From a virus (Duplodnaviria > Caudoviricetes): a stretch of 59,538 nt of DNA. The DNA is taken from positions 1-59,538 of the IMG/VR virus record IMGVR_UViG_3300021964_000070, one strand, 5' to 3'. Below are positions 41,908-51,649 of the stretch, one piece after another; position 1 is the first letter of the stretch, and every line of letters starts with the position of its first letter. The translations under genes were made by a program, and so were the position numbers. The notes below the pieces were generated by a model. It searched no databases. It saw only the letters and a list, made by a program, of their open reading frames with translations, and had not been told where the DNA came from.

Positions 41908-44900
41908 TATCGCCTACCATCTTCTCTTGCATCTACTCTAGGGCTACCCAATTTCCACTTAGATCCTAATGCATCCGATTCTACACGAATTGCAAAAGAA
42001 CGTCCACGAACTCTTAAATCTAATTCATTCGTATATTTTTCTACAGGAGTAGATTGTGTCCTAGCTACTGCCCCGCTGTCGGTGTTATCAAAACTAGCGC
42101 CCGGATAGTTTCTAGCCTTTAAGGTAAAGGTGGCCTGCGGAGAACTGGTACTGCCAGACCCCTCAAACGTAATATCCGGGATTAAGCGCTTGATATATGT
42201 GAACTTATCCCCATCCCCAATATCAATGGGTGAGGACTCAATAAACGAGTCCATAGTTGCCCCGTCATCATCATACCCAAACTCGTGATTATAAATATAC
42301 CCAGAGCTAGCCGCCACCGGGAAGGTCCGTGTGCCGCGGTCCAACCACGCTGTTCTTTCAATCGTGCCAAAATACCATACTTTTTCGAGGTAATTATATG
42401 TTACATACCGGTCGTTTTCCGTCGCATTAGCCGACGGATAGAACCATATCACTTCGCTAAACTCAGAATTTACCCCGCAAACTACTTTATCGCGTTGCTC
42501 TAAGTTAAAATCTAAAAACACTTTATCCTTAACGGTGCAGGGTAGGGTCTGTGTACGCCCGTCATATATGTAGAACGTATCTATACCCATCCAGAAAACA
42601 AAGTCCTCTGTGGATAACGCCGCATTAGGGCTCATAATAGTTATGTTAGATGAGAGCTGCTGAAGACCAAACGTAAAGGGCGGCCCGATAAAACGCATCG
42701 AAGTCAGCGCTGTGTCAGTCCAAATTAGGATTTCACGCTTTGTCTCTACCGCTTGAACAAACGTGGACCCCGCCCCTAAACGCAAAGTCCCGGCGGTATT
42801 TGTGGCAGTTGGGAACCACTGTAGAGCGTCTTCCTGATTAGAAAACCGGATTAATAGGGGGTCCTGCAAGCCGTTGCCGTCCACCGCAGTGGCGCTAGTG
42901 TTAACGTCATCTGCACCAAATGCGATTACGTGCCTGTCTCTATCAGAAACTAAAACCTGCTTACAGCTTGTAGGGACACTGGTTTTTGTCCCAGAGCGGG
43001 TGTTTAGGTTAACCGCTCTCGCATTTAAGGTGGTGGTCTTATCCCAGTAATAGATGCCCGCGTCCCGCGGATTGATAAGCAGGTCTTCCCCAAAATTGTC
43101 GTGCGACCAGAGCCTAATCTGGCTGGTTACAGATACCCCGCCTGCCGCCGCATCGCCCCATCCAGTAAAGTCTGATGCTGGGTCAGAGTTACCTACGGCA
43201 AGATACACGGTTGTGCCATCTGTATGCGAAGCCGCGGTTGTGCCTGAATGCCCTCTTGTGCACCCTGTCAAAGTGTTTGTGGACACGGCCCCGACAAGGA
43301 TAAGCTCACTATCTATTAGGATAACGTCGCTAGCTGAAATACCACTGGCGCTAGTGACGGTGATATCTGTGTCAATAGGGGTTAAGGTGCCCCCTTCGTT
43401 TAGGGTGGTCTGCAAAGCGGTCGTAGTTGTGCCGCCCCATAAACCAGAGCCCCAACCTGTTCCGCCAACGCCGCTATCCAAACCCACATTTAGCTGATAG
43501 TTTGCTATTGTAGGGTGGCTAAGTGTTGCTACAGTCAGGGTTAAGTCATTGGCTGGAGTTGTTCCACCTAAATTGTCACCGTCAATGGTTATAGTATCGC
43601 TGATCGCGTATCCCGAACCAATAGCTCCAACACTTGACACAGTGTAGTTCCCTGAACCGTCTCTTACTACAGTAAAGGTAGCCCCTGTACCGGAGCCGCT
43701 GGTGCTATCTTGCGGCACGTTAGTATATGCAACGGAAACCAGAGCGGTGATTGTCAAAACTAAATCGTTTGCCGGGGTGCTACCGCCTACGCTTGTCCCC
43801 GCTATGGTAATAGTGTCACTGACCGTGTAGCCCGACCCGATAGCCGTCGCTACGGCGGTGTAACCCCCAAGACCGTCTGTAACTACGGTAAACTCGGCAC
43901 CGGTTCCGGAACCGCTTGTACTCGTCTGAGTTACGCCAGTGTAAGTAGCTTGCCCGATAGATGAGCCAGAAAGCTGAGTTACGGTTAGAACTAAATCGTT
44001 TGCGGGGGTTGCGCCACCTATGCTTGTCCCCGCTATGGTAATAGTGTCACTTACAGCATAACCCGAACCCACCGTAGTGATAACCGCGCTGTATCCCCCA
44101 TCGCCGTCAGTAGTGATACTAAACTGAGCGCCGGTACCAGAACCGCTTGTGCTGGTTTGGGTAACGCCGGTATGGGTCGTAGAACCAACAGAAGAACCCG
44201 CTAAAGCCGTTATGGTCAGGGTCAAGTCGTTGGTGCCTTGTGCGCCACCAATATTCTGACCTTCTATTAGAATAGTGTCGCCAACAGCGTAGCCAGAACC
44301 AACAGTAGTTACGCTAACGGAATACCCCCCAGCCCCGTCTGTGACTACGGTAAACTCTGCGCTTGTGCCAGAACCACTTGTACTCGTCTGCACTATGCCT
44401 GTGTGCGTAGCGGTTCCGGCGCTAACCCCGGAAAGAGTAAAGTTTCCTACCCCAGTGCTGCTGGGAACCGTAAAAAATAAAAGCCCTACCCCCGTGCCAC
44501 TTGTTCCAACGGTTACCGTATCAACGCCTGAAGCACCCACCGCTGTTCCAGAAACCGTTACGGTGCCTACGCCATTACCGCCATTACCGGTATCACTCGC
44601 AGTAGATGTAACACTAACTGTGATTTCGTAAGTGTCCGCATCTACAATTCTAGTAATCTGGTGTTCAGCGTTTAATATCGCCGCTGTTACCGCACCACCC
44701 AAACTTTCTGCCCCAGAGAAGGTAACAAAGTCATTCTGTTGAGCGCCGTGGTCGGGGTCTGTAACTGTCACAATGTTGCTGAATGGGGAAGAAGTAACCG
44801 CCGCAAAAGTAACTTCCCCTAAAGCGGTTGTGTTGCGGACAGGCGTAATGTCGCTGACCGCTGTGCCCTCTTCTATGTAGTATTTTAAATGAGTGCCTAT

Positions 44901-45116
44901 CCCTAAATAATCAGAGCCGTCCAGAGCGATCCAATTGTGCAGAGCACGGGCCGATCCTAAATATGCCGCTCCCGTATATTTTTGCCAACCGCCCATCTTT
45001 TCGGGGAATCCGAAACGAAAACGTACCTTATCACAATCGCGCCAGCCACCCTCGTTAGAGTAAGAGGTTATTTCTCTATTAATGCCCGGTTTGAACTGGA
45101 GTTTTGTCAACGGCAT
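41907..45116 (-). CDS. Tail nozzle/stabilisation protein (P22 gp10-like beta-propeller) with inserted beta-repeat domains
   Basis: FKPGINRE, PEKMGGW, WSHDNFGEDL, IRFSNQE, IWTD, FWMG, ends DGRR; four ~73-aa internal repeats. Confidence 0.75.
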   Translation of the reverse strand: MPLTKLQFKPGINREITSYSNEGGWRDCDKVRFRFGFPEKMGGWQKYTGAAYLGSARALHNWIALDGSDYLGIGTHLKYYIEEGTAVSDITPVRNTTALGEVTFAAVTSSPFSNIVTVTDPDHGAQQNDFVTFSGAESLGGAVTAAILNAEHQITRIVDADTYEITVSVTSTASDTGNGGNGVGTVTVSGTAVGASGVDTVTVGTSGTGVGLLFFTVPSSTGVGNFTLSGVSAGTATHTGIVQTSTSGSGTSAEFTVVTDGAGGYSVSVTTVGSGYAVGDTILIEGQNIGGAQGTNDLTLTITALAGSSVGSTTHTGVTQTSTSGSGTGAQFSITTDGDGGYSAVITTVGSGYAVSDTITIAGTSIGGATPANDLVLTVTQLSGSSIGQATYTGVTQTSTSGSGTGAEFTVVTDGLGGYTAVATAIGSGYTVSDTITIAGTSVGGSTPANDLVLTITALVSVAYTNVPQDSTSGSGTGATFTVVRDGSGNYTVSSVGAIGSGYAISDTITIDGDNLGGTTPANDLTLTVATLSHPTIANYQLNVGLDSGVGGTGWGSGLWGGTTTTALQTTLNEGGTLTPIDTDITVTSASGISASDVILIDSELILVGAVSTNTLTGCTRGHSGTTAASHTDGTTVYLAVGNSDPASDFTGWGDAAAGGVSVTSQIRLWSHDNFGEDLLINPRDAGIYYWDKTTTLNARAVNLNTRSGTKTSVPTSCKQVLVSDRDRHVIAFGADDVNTSATAVDGNGLQDPLLIRFSNQEDALQWFPTATNTAGTLRLGAGSTFVQAVETKREILIWTDTALTSMRFIGPPFTFGLQQLSSNITIMSPNAALSTEDFVFWMGIDTFYIYDGRTQTLPCTVKDKVFLDFNLEQRDKVVCGVNSEFSEVIWFYPSANATENDRYVTYNYLEKVWYFGTIERTAWLDRGTRTFPVAASSGYIYNHEFGYDDDGATMDSFIESSPIDIGDGDKFTYIKRLIPDITFEGSGSTSSPQATFTLKARNYPGASFDNTDSGAVARTQSTPVEKYTNELDLRVRGRSFAIRVESDALGSKWKLGSPRVDAREDGRR
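43515..44415 (-). repeat. Four tandem ~73-aa repeats (TSTSGSGTGAxFxV...GSGYxVxDTITIxG..GG.TPANDLxLT)
   Basis: Visible in both protein and DNA. Confidence 0.85.
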
Positions 45117-45128
45117 GACGGCTCACCC

Positions 45129-46805
45129 TTAAATTCCAGCAGCATCAAGTCTAGCTTTTAGCGCCTCGTTTTCAGCTTTTAATTCTAATATGGCGTTATG
45201 CAAAACAGGTATAAGCTTGTCACTTGTCATTTTTAAATGCTCTGAGTCAGACGCATCAACAATAACTGATTCACTGCCTTCAGCCGCCAAAATGTCTTGT
45301 GCGCTGTATCCATAAATAACTTTCCCCACAGCCTCATCAGAATCTCTTGATTCTTTAAACTGATAAGATATGGGGTTTACTTGAGACAAAAACTCTAAAC
45401 CAAGCGGAACTTCACCAACATTTGTTTTGTCTCTAATGTCTGAAGCAACAGTCCATGACACTTGAATATGGGCATCTGTTATACTGCTATTACCTATACA
45501 AACAGTATTATTGTCTGTTGTCAGTGAGCCTGATGGTGAAGAGCTTGTGCCAGCTTGGTAGCCGATACAAACATTGTTGTCACCAGTAGTTACATCCTCT
45601 AAAGCTTCTGCTCCAACCGCTGTGTTGTTACTGGAAAAGTTTTCTATAGAATAGCCCGATCTAGGACCAACAAAGACATTATTGCTGCCATTTAACCCTT
45701 GCGTCCCACCAAGACCAGCTTGGTAGCCAATGGCGATATTGTCGTCACCCTGAAATATTTTACCGAAAGCTTGGTAGCCAATGGCGATATTCCCAGACTG
45801 GCTTACTACAGAACCTAGGGTGGTGGATACGCCACCAAAACTTTGAACACCAATTCCAATATTGTGCTGATAGCTAGAAGCGCTACCTCCGTAGCAGAAG
45901 TTAGCTTTATAACCTATCCCAATATTATTATCGGCTTCGTTTTTCTTTAGAGCTTGTTCACCTACGGCAACGCAATAATCAACGGCGTTCGTTGTGTCAG
46001 ACAAAGCGTTTTTACCCAAAGAAATATTGCTTGTTGAGTTCGTTGTTATATTTTGAGCGCTGTTTTGCCCCATGATTATGTTGTCGGTACCAGTTGTTAG
46101 GTTCTGACCAGAGTTGTAGCCAAGAGCTATGTTGTAATCGCCATCAGTCAGGTCAGTTAACGCACCAGAGCCTAAAGCTATATTATATTCTGCTCCAGAG
46201 ATTATGGCGTCTAAAGCGGTTGCACCCCAAGCGATATTAGAGGTTCCTGTTGGGTGATATCCATCTATGGTGATGTCGCCAGATACAGTAAGAGCACCTG
46301 ATATGGTGGTTGCGCCTGATAAAGTGTTTGCACCCGCCAAAGTAGCCGCACCGGATACATTTAAGCTGGTGAGAATGCCAAAACTTATTTGAGACACTTG
46401 AGCGCCAGTTCCTGCGCCATCGCTATATATTATAGCGGAACTACCGTCTGCCACACTACTCGTACCGCCTGTACCGTCCCCCTGTTGGAAGGTCACTGTT
46501 TGACCGCAACTGTTTGCCACAAAAAATATTTTCTGCTGGCCGTCTGGGTCTATGTCTATTGTTACCGCGCCTGAAGGGGAACCTTCTAAAGACAACAAGG
46601 CATACTGACCCTCTGAAAGAGCGCCATCCGTTGTGGTTAAGGTATAGGTAGAGCCCCCATAGCTAGATAAGTCTAAGCTTAGTTGCTGATTGATGTTACG
46701 ATCAATAATTTTGAGGTTATTGTTAGTTGTATCCCCCCAAGTTCCAGATTTCTCGCCTTGGGTTATCAGCTCAATACCAGAGTTAGCTGTATATGTACTA
46801 GCCAT
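45129..46805 (-). CDS. Tail fibre with C-terminal intramolecular chaperone (peptidase S74)
   Basis: NxAxGxxA repeats; SDIRDKTNV cleavage motif; YGYSAQD; C-terminal coiled coil. Confidence 0.85.
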   Translation of the reverse strand: MASTYTANSGIELITQGEKSGTWGDTTNNNLKIIDRNINQQLSLDLSSYGGSTYTLTTTDGALSEGQYALLSLEGSPSGAVTIDIDPDGQQKIFFVANSCGQTVTFQQGDGTGGTSSVADGSSAIIYSDGAGTGAQVSQISFGILTSLNVSGAATLAGANTLSGATTISGALTVSGDITIDGYHPTGTSNIAWGATALDAIISGAEYNIALGSGALTDLTDGDYNIALGYNSGQNLTTGTDNIIMGQNSAQNITTNSTSNISLGKNALSDTTNAVDYCVAVGEQALKKNEADNNIGIGYKANFCYGGSASSYQHNIGIGVQSFGGVSTTLGSVVSQSGNIAIGYQAFGKIFQGDDNIAIGYQAGLGGTQGLNGSNNVFVGPRSGYSIENFSSNNTAVGAEALEDVTTGDNNVCIGYQAGTSSSPSGSLTTDNNTVCIGNSSITDAHIQVSWTVASDIRDKTNVGEVPLGLEFLSQVNPISYQFKESRDSDEAVGKVIYGYSAQDILAAEGSESVIVDASDSEHLKMTSDKLIPVLHNAILELKAENEALKARLDAAGI

Positions 46806-47588
46806 TTAAACCACCTTATTTGTCCACGTGTTTACTATACCACCTGCGTTGATTTCTGTCCACGAATCCCCGCTATGCGTAATTTCTGTCCACGAATCCC
46901 CGCTATGCGTCATGACGGCCCATGTATCGCCGGTATGAGTAATCGGCGTCCAAGACTCAATTGTGCCTGAGTTCGGGTCAATTTTTACCCATAATAACTC
47001 ACCAAACGTGCTTTGTACAAATAAAGATACAATCTCTGTTTGCCCAGAAATAAGTACGGCGCTTGAGGTTATGTCAGCTATAAAGGAGAAATTTAACTCA
47101 CTAGCACCGTCAATCAATATCGAGCCTAGAGCCGATTGTATAAACTCAAAGCTTTGTTCAGATACGCCTGCACGAATAGCGTTAGCTAAAGCGGATTGGA
47201 TTGTGTCAAAATCCATCTGCGAAACACCGCTTATTAGTATGGCAGCGGCTGTAGATTGCGTGAAATTAAAGTCCTGCTCTGACACACCAGAGAAAACATT
47301 GTTTGCAGTTGTGCTTTGTGTGGTGCTTATTACTTGAGCTGATATGCCTGTTGCGAACCGTGTTAGCTCAGAACTTAGAGTAAAGTTTGCAGAAGCCTCG
47401 ATTAGGCCAACCAAAACATTAACGCCAACATTCAGCTTAATCGCAATAGCGGACATTTCTGCGGCGGTTATGCCTATAAATGTACCCGCCTGCGAAGCGG
47501 TAAAGCTACTAATAAGCGAAGATGACGGAAGTAAAAGAACCCCGTCATCCGCTAAAGCTTTTTCCGATATGGCGTTCTGGCCTAACAT
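46806..47588 (-). CDS. Tail/fibre structural protein with internal repeats
   Basis: ~19-aa GxSEQxF repeats; Trp-periodic C-terminal repeats. Confidence 0.6.
   Translation of the reverse strand: MLGQNAISEKALADDGVLLLPSSSLISSFTASQAGTFIGITAAEMSAIAIKLNVGVNVLVGLIEASANFTLSSELTRFATGISAQVISTTQSTTANNVFSGVSEQDFNFTQSTAAAILISGVSQMDFDTIQSALANAIRAGVSEQSFEFIQSALGSILIDGASELNFSFIADITSSAVLISGQTEIVSLFVQSTFGELLWVKIDPNSGTIESWTPITHTGDTWAVMTHSGDSWTEITHSGDSWTEINAGGIVNTWTNKVV
46852..46910. repeat. 30-bp tandem repeat
   Basis: ATTTCTGTCCACGAATCCCCGCTATGCGT occurs twice, encoding THSGDSWTEI. Confidence 0.9.
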
Positions 47589-48076
47589 CAGCCTGCAATT
47601 TCCATAACAGTAATTCTGCTATAAAAAAAGCCACCTTGATTTGTGCGAAAATCGCCAGAGTGTTCAATACCTTGCGTTTTGTAAGTGATTGCAGATGTAG
47701 TGCTTGGACTATCCAAATATTGCATATTATGAAACAGACGATTACTCGCTTCATTCCCAAAACATTGATAGACTTGGCTATCTTGAAAAACAGCGGTTGA
47801 ATCTCTCATAATTCTCAAAGCTCCACCACCAGACCCAGTTCTGTAGCAACTTTGATTAATCAGAATTAATATATCGCTCGATGTCGATATAGGCGTGATG
47901 CTCACAGAAAGGTTCGTATCAGCCCATGTTCCCGTAGTGTGTAGAACCTCAGTGTTATCTTCGCCTTGTTTGACCTGAAGAATAGTTCCAGTAGGCAAAC
48001 TTGCCGACACAACTTTACCAGATGGAATTGTGGTGCTTGTGCCTAACAGATTAGCAAGATTACGGGCGTTACTCAT
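47588..48076 (-). CDS. Short fibre/receptor-binding module
   Basis: MSNARNLANL; GTILQVKQ...LDSPSTTSAITYK...ITVMEIAG. Confidence 0.65.
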   Translation of the reverse strand: MSNARNLANLLGTSTTIPSGKVVSASLPTGTILQVKQGEDNTEVLHTTGTWADTNLSVSITPISTSSDILILINQSCYRTGSGGGALRIMRDSTAVFQDSQVYQCFGNEASNRLFHNMQYLDSPSTTSAITYKTQGIEHSGDFRTNQGGFFYSRITVMEIAG

Positions 48077-48079
48077 AGA

Positions 48080-48364
48080 CTACTCCTGCGGTTTTGTAGG
48101 CCACACCACATCATCAAGAGAGGTGTATGTGTTGGTAATGTCACGCAATGCCTGACGATATGACGCCATAGCGTCTGTCATAGTATTGTCAGACAATGCT
48201 AAATAGTCTGTTTCAGCAAGTAGCTGGTCACGCTCTGCACGAAGCATAGCAAGGTCATTGCTAGGCTTTTCCGCAAGCCATGTGGCTTTTCTCTGGTCAA
48301 GAAGAGCCTGCTCTTGTTCTGTAAGCGCTCTTTTTACACCATTTACAACTTTATAGTTAGGCAT
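48080..48364 (-). CDS. Tail fibre assembly chaperone-like protein
   Basis: LRAERDQLLAETDY...YRQALRDIT...WPTKP. Confidence 0.8.
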   Translation of the reverse strand: MPNYKVVNGVKRALTEQEQALLDQRKATWLAEKPSNDLAMLRAERDQLLAETDYLALSDNTMTDAMASYRQALRDITNTYTSLDDVVWPTKPQE

Positions 48365-48366
48365 CT

Positions 48367-48966
48367 TTATGTCCACGCTGAATTAGAGTATGCGTAAAGC
48401 GCAACTTGCGCGTTGCCAAAGTTTCCGTTGTCCCAATATAAACTTATTCCTTCAGGTTGAGTTTTATCAAAAGCTGGATGTTTGTGCGAAAAAGTATCGC
48501 TGTCAGAGGCTGAACCAGCAACATTAACATAGCCAAAGGCTGAATGAACGCTAGGGGCTATGTCTGTGTTAGAGTCGCTTGTTTTGGTGCTTATATAACA
48601 GGTGCAGTACAATCCTATTTCATCTGTTCCCACCGCACCAACACTGGCATTTGTTATTCTGCCATAAGAGTATAGTGAGCTACCATACTGGTAGTAATTA
48701 GTTCCTGTAATTGCTGACCCAGCATCATCCAAGAAATAATAATACAAAAACCCCGAATCTACGGCAGGCAAACCTCTAAACTTTAGCAAATAGTTAGTGT
48801 AAAGTGTTGAGTCCATATTTGTAAAATCAATGGACGATGCCGCATCTGAGGAGGTCACAGTAGTTGTGCCGAGATGTATAAGACTGCCTGCGCCAGTTAT
48901 ATCCCCTGTGAAGGCATAATTGTCTGCAAGATTCATGCTTTCGGATTGTATTTTTGACACTGCCAT
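48367..48966 (-). CDS. Short fibre/receptor-binding module
   Basis: Start MAVSKIQ; beta-sandwich-like C-terminal domain. Confidence 0.6.
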   Translation of the reverse strand: MAVSKIQSESMNLADNYAFTGDITGAGSLIHLGTTTVTSSDAASSIDFTNMDSTLYTNYLLKFRGLPAVDSGFLYYYFLDDAGSAITGTNYYQYGSSLYSYGRITNASVGAVGTDEIGLYCTCYISTKTSDSNTDIAPSVHSAFGYVNVAGSASDSDTFSHKHPAFDKTQPEGISLYWDNGNFGNAQVALYAYSNSAWT

Positions 48967-48970
48967 AATC

Positions 48971-49366
48971 TTACTCCGAAGGTTTTGTAGGCCAGACAAC
49001 ATCATCAAGGGACGTATAGCTGTCTGTAATATCCCGCAGCGCCTGACGATAAGCAGTTTGCTCTGCGGTCATAGTTAAATCTGCCGAAGCCCACCAATCT
49101 GTTTCAGCAATGCGGCGATTACGCTCTTCGCGCAGTAGCTTTAACGGCTCTGCCGCTCTAATCTCCGCTAATTTTTCTTCAACCGCGTTCCATGTAATCC
49201 CTTGCCAATCGCTAACCTCTCTGGACTCAACGGCAGAGCCATGCTCATCTGCACCAACAATAGCAGAAAACATATTGTTGAACTCAACGGCATTGGTTGG
49301 CTCCCCGCGAAGAACCCAACTAAGGCTTGGATTTAATGCTGTAATTGCGTCTGATACTGATGCCAT
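48971..49366 (-). CDS. Tail fibre assembly chaperone-like protein (paralogue)
   Basis: LREERNRRIAETDWW...YRQALRDIT...WPTKP. Confidence 0.8.
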   Translation of the reverse strand: MASVSDAITALNPSLSWVLRGEPTNAVEFNNMFSAIVGADEHGSAVESREVSDWQGITWNAVEEKLAEIRAAEPLKLLREERNRRIAETDWWASADLTMTAEQTAYRQALRDITDSYTSLDDVVWPTKPSE

Positions 49367-49370
49367 TTTC

Positions 49371-49850
49371 TTAACCTATTAAAGCGTAACTTCCCCAAGA
49401 ATACCTAGAGTCTCCAGTGCCCTGATAGTAAGCTAATGCGCTATAGCTCACCCAATATAATTCGTCTCCCGCAGAGCAGGGAACTACATCTGTGTTTGCA
49501 TTACCCCTACCTGATTGGAAACCTAGATTAATCCGAGTGCTATTTTTATACAAAGAAATCGCATAATCTGTTGCGCTTGCAACAATAACTTGATAGGTAG
49601 CTAAATAAATACCGTCCACAGGACAGGTAAACTTATATGTTGTGGTATTGTATAAAGTTGCATCTCCGCTGTATACTGCGCTAAACTTTATAGCATCGCC
49701 AGCAGCATGAGATAGATACCCAAGCGTTCCGTCCATTTGAACAGAAACAAAAGGCTTTTGGGGGTTGTACACCACTCCATCGCTATCAATCTTTAGCGCG
49801 GTTGTCCCTGCGGCGTTGTTAATCTGGTCTACATTTAATATCGAAGCCAT
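49371..49850 (-). CDS. C1q-like domain fibre module
   Basis: YNTTTYKFTCPVDGIY motif; ends YALIG. Confidence 0.75.
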   Translation of the reverse strand: MASILNVDQINNAAGTTALKIDSDGVVYNPQKPFVSVQMDGTLGYLSHAAGDAIKFSAVYSGDATLYNTTTYKFTCPVDGIYLATYQVIVASATDYAISLYKNSTRINLGFQSGRGNANTDVVPCSAGDELYWVSYSALAYYQGTGDSRYSWGSYALIG

Positions 49851-49857
49851 GCCTGCC

Positions 49858-50586
49858 TCACAATATAGTCAAATTACCGTCAACGGTAATGGTGGTAGTC
49901 GTGTCAATAGTCAACGGGCCAATAGCCAGCGCATTTTTAGTTGAGGCAATAGTCGTGTCCTCATCTACTGTCTGCCCATTTGTGCGAAACACCGCTGTAT
50001 CAACGGTAGTGTTGGTGGTCTGAAACTGCGGCGCAGTAATCTCGGCAGCAAACGCTCCGCCAGAGGCTTTGCTCACTGTATCAGTTACACTAAAAGCGCG
50101 AAAGGCTCTGATGACTAATTCATCATTTAAAGCCGCGCCTGTCGCTAAAGTAATTGTGTCGCCGTTAGTCGGAGTATAGTCTGTTCTATCAAGATGCACT
50201 CCGTTTAAATAGATATCTATATCATTACCAGAAAACGCCAAGATAGCGCCGTTATTGTCTGCGCCAGTAAACACGGTCTGGCTGGCAGTCGCTACATACT
50301 TAAATAACTGCATTCCATAAGACAGAGGCTGGTCAATAGCGCGACCAAAATAGCGAACAGTTATTATGTCACCACTAGCAGGGGCGGTTCCAAATTGTAG
50401 TGTAGTGGCGTATGCAACGTAAGAGGCAGAGGCACCCGGCTCCTGAACCACGTTACCAATAGTGACAAGAATGGCCTCTCCACCAGCAACAGATTGAGCT
50501 AGTGTAAAATCTGTAGTGCTTCCATCTCCGGTAAAGGTCTGGAAGGTTATGTCGCCTACATTTGGGTCAATTCCTATATATGCCAT
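49858..50586 (-). CDS. Fibre adaptor/branching module
   Basis: MAYIG; FTGDGSTTDFTL; VVQEP; VYLNGV-type repeats. Confidence 0.65.
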   Translation of the reverse strand: MAYIGIDPNVGDITFQTFTGDGSTTDFTLAQSVAGGEAILVTIGNVVQEPGASASYVAYATTLQFGTAPASGDIITVRYFGRAIDQPLSYGMQLFKYVATASQTVFTGADNNGAILAFSGNDIDIYLNGVHLDRTDYTPTNGDTITLATGAALNDELVIRAFRAFSVTDTVSKASGGAFAAEITAPQFQTTNTTVDTAVFRTNGQTVDEDTTIASTKNALAIGPLTIDTTTTITVDGNLTIL

Positions 50587-50590
50587 TTTC

Positions 50591-51097
50591 TTAACCTACT
50601 AAATGAATATCCATCCAAGTCTGTCCTCCGCCAATAGCAACTGCGGCTAATAAAGAGTCCTGACATAAAATGCTGTAATCTGTACCCGCAGTTAAGGGGA
50701 GTAAACAACTCCCTATTGGGGTAGTAAGCCCTGCACTAGCTTCACCAGTAGCAAGAATTAGTTTAGCATCTTGAACATAAGTAGTAGTAGCATCTTCTAC
50801 TACACCCCAATATGCAAAAAGCCGGTCTGCATTAAACCTAACTGCCCCAGAAAAATTGTAAAGACCAGTTATAGGAACGGTAAATGTATAATTAGTTGTG
50901 TTCCAAACTATGCCGTTAGAACCTAGCACGGTATCAAAAGGCACAGTTGCAGGCGGAGTAACTGTTGTCGCTGTATTCACATTAACCCGTGCGTATGGGA
51001 TGTTAGGCAAAGCAACTTGTCCACTGCTGTCAATAGACAAAGCGGTATTCGAGTTTGTCGGGTCTTGGATTGCGGAGACTTTTAATATACTGGTCAT
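50591..51097 (-). CDS. C1q-like domain fibre module
   Basis: VPFD...WNTTNYTFTVPITGLYNF motif. Confidence 0.75.
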   Translation of the reverse strand: MTSILKVSAIQDPTNSNTALSIDSSGQVALPNIPYARVNVNTATTVTPPATVPFDTVLGSNGIVWNTTNYTFTVPITGLYNFSGAVRFNADRLFAYWGVVEDATTTYVQDAKLILATGEASAGLTTPIGSCLLPLTAGTDYSILCQDSLLAAVAIGGGQTWMDIHLVG

Positions 51098-51645
51098 GCA
51101 CCTATCTCCATTAATGTAACAACAGACAAGGGAATTGAGTCATAACCTTGCGTTCCACCGTCTTGAAAAGTCGGGCTTCTATTTAAATACCAAGTTATAC
51201 CGTTATATGCGGCAACTTGTATTTTGTAAGTAATCTGACTTGTAGTAGCAGGCTCGTCTAAAAAAGATATTCCCTGCTGCGACATGTGATAAGTCCCAAA
51301 GGTTGAATCATAGGTGTTTACTGTAGCTGAAGCAACGCCTCTAGTGCCTTCTTGAGTTCCCAATCCTACGGGAGTGGAGTCTCTCACAATTCTTGATTTT
51401 GCATTATAAGCCGAACCACTAGTACCCATGAAAACCTGATAGTTTATCAAAATTTTTGAAGAGGTGCTTGAGGGCGTAATGTTTGCCTGTAGCCCGCTGT
51501 CAGCAAAAATATTAGTTCCAAGACCCGTAGCGCCTGAAGTAGTTGAGCCAACAGTGCCTTGAACCACCTGTAATACATGGTCTGGAATATACACCCCGTT
51601 ATTTACGGTCTTCTCATTTATTGTATCTACATATAATGTTGACAT
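51094..51645 (-). CDS. Short fibre/receptor-binding module
   Basis: MSTLYVDTI; HVLQVVQ...LDEPATTSQITYKIQ...TLMEIGA; paralogue of 47588..48076. Confidence 0.65.
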   Translation of the reverse strand: MSTLYVDTINEKTVNNGVYIPDHVLQVVQGTVGSTTSGATGLGTNIFADSGLQANITPSSTSSKILINYQVFMGTSGSAYNAKSRIVRDSTPVGLGTQEGTRGVASATVNTYDSTFGTYHMSQQGISFLDEPATTSQITYKIQVAAYNGITWYLNRSPTFQDGGTQGYDSIPLSVVTLMEIGA

Positions 51646-51649
51646 TTTA

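Noticed and set aside
48080-49100. Duplicated chaperone 3' ends as a DGR template/variable repeat pair
   Set aside because: No reverse transcriptase; differences are mostly synonymous and not adenine-specific; both copies are coding.
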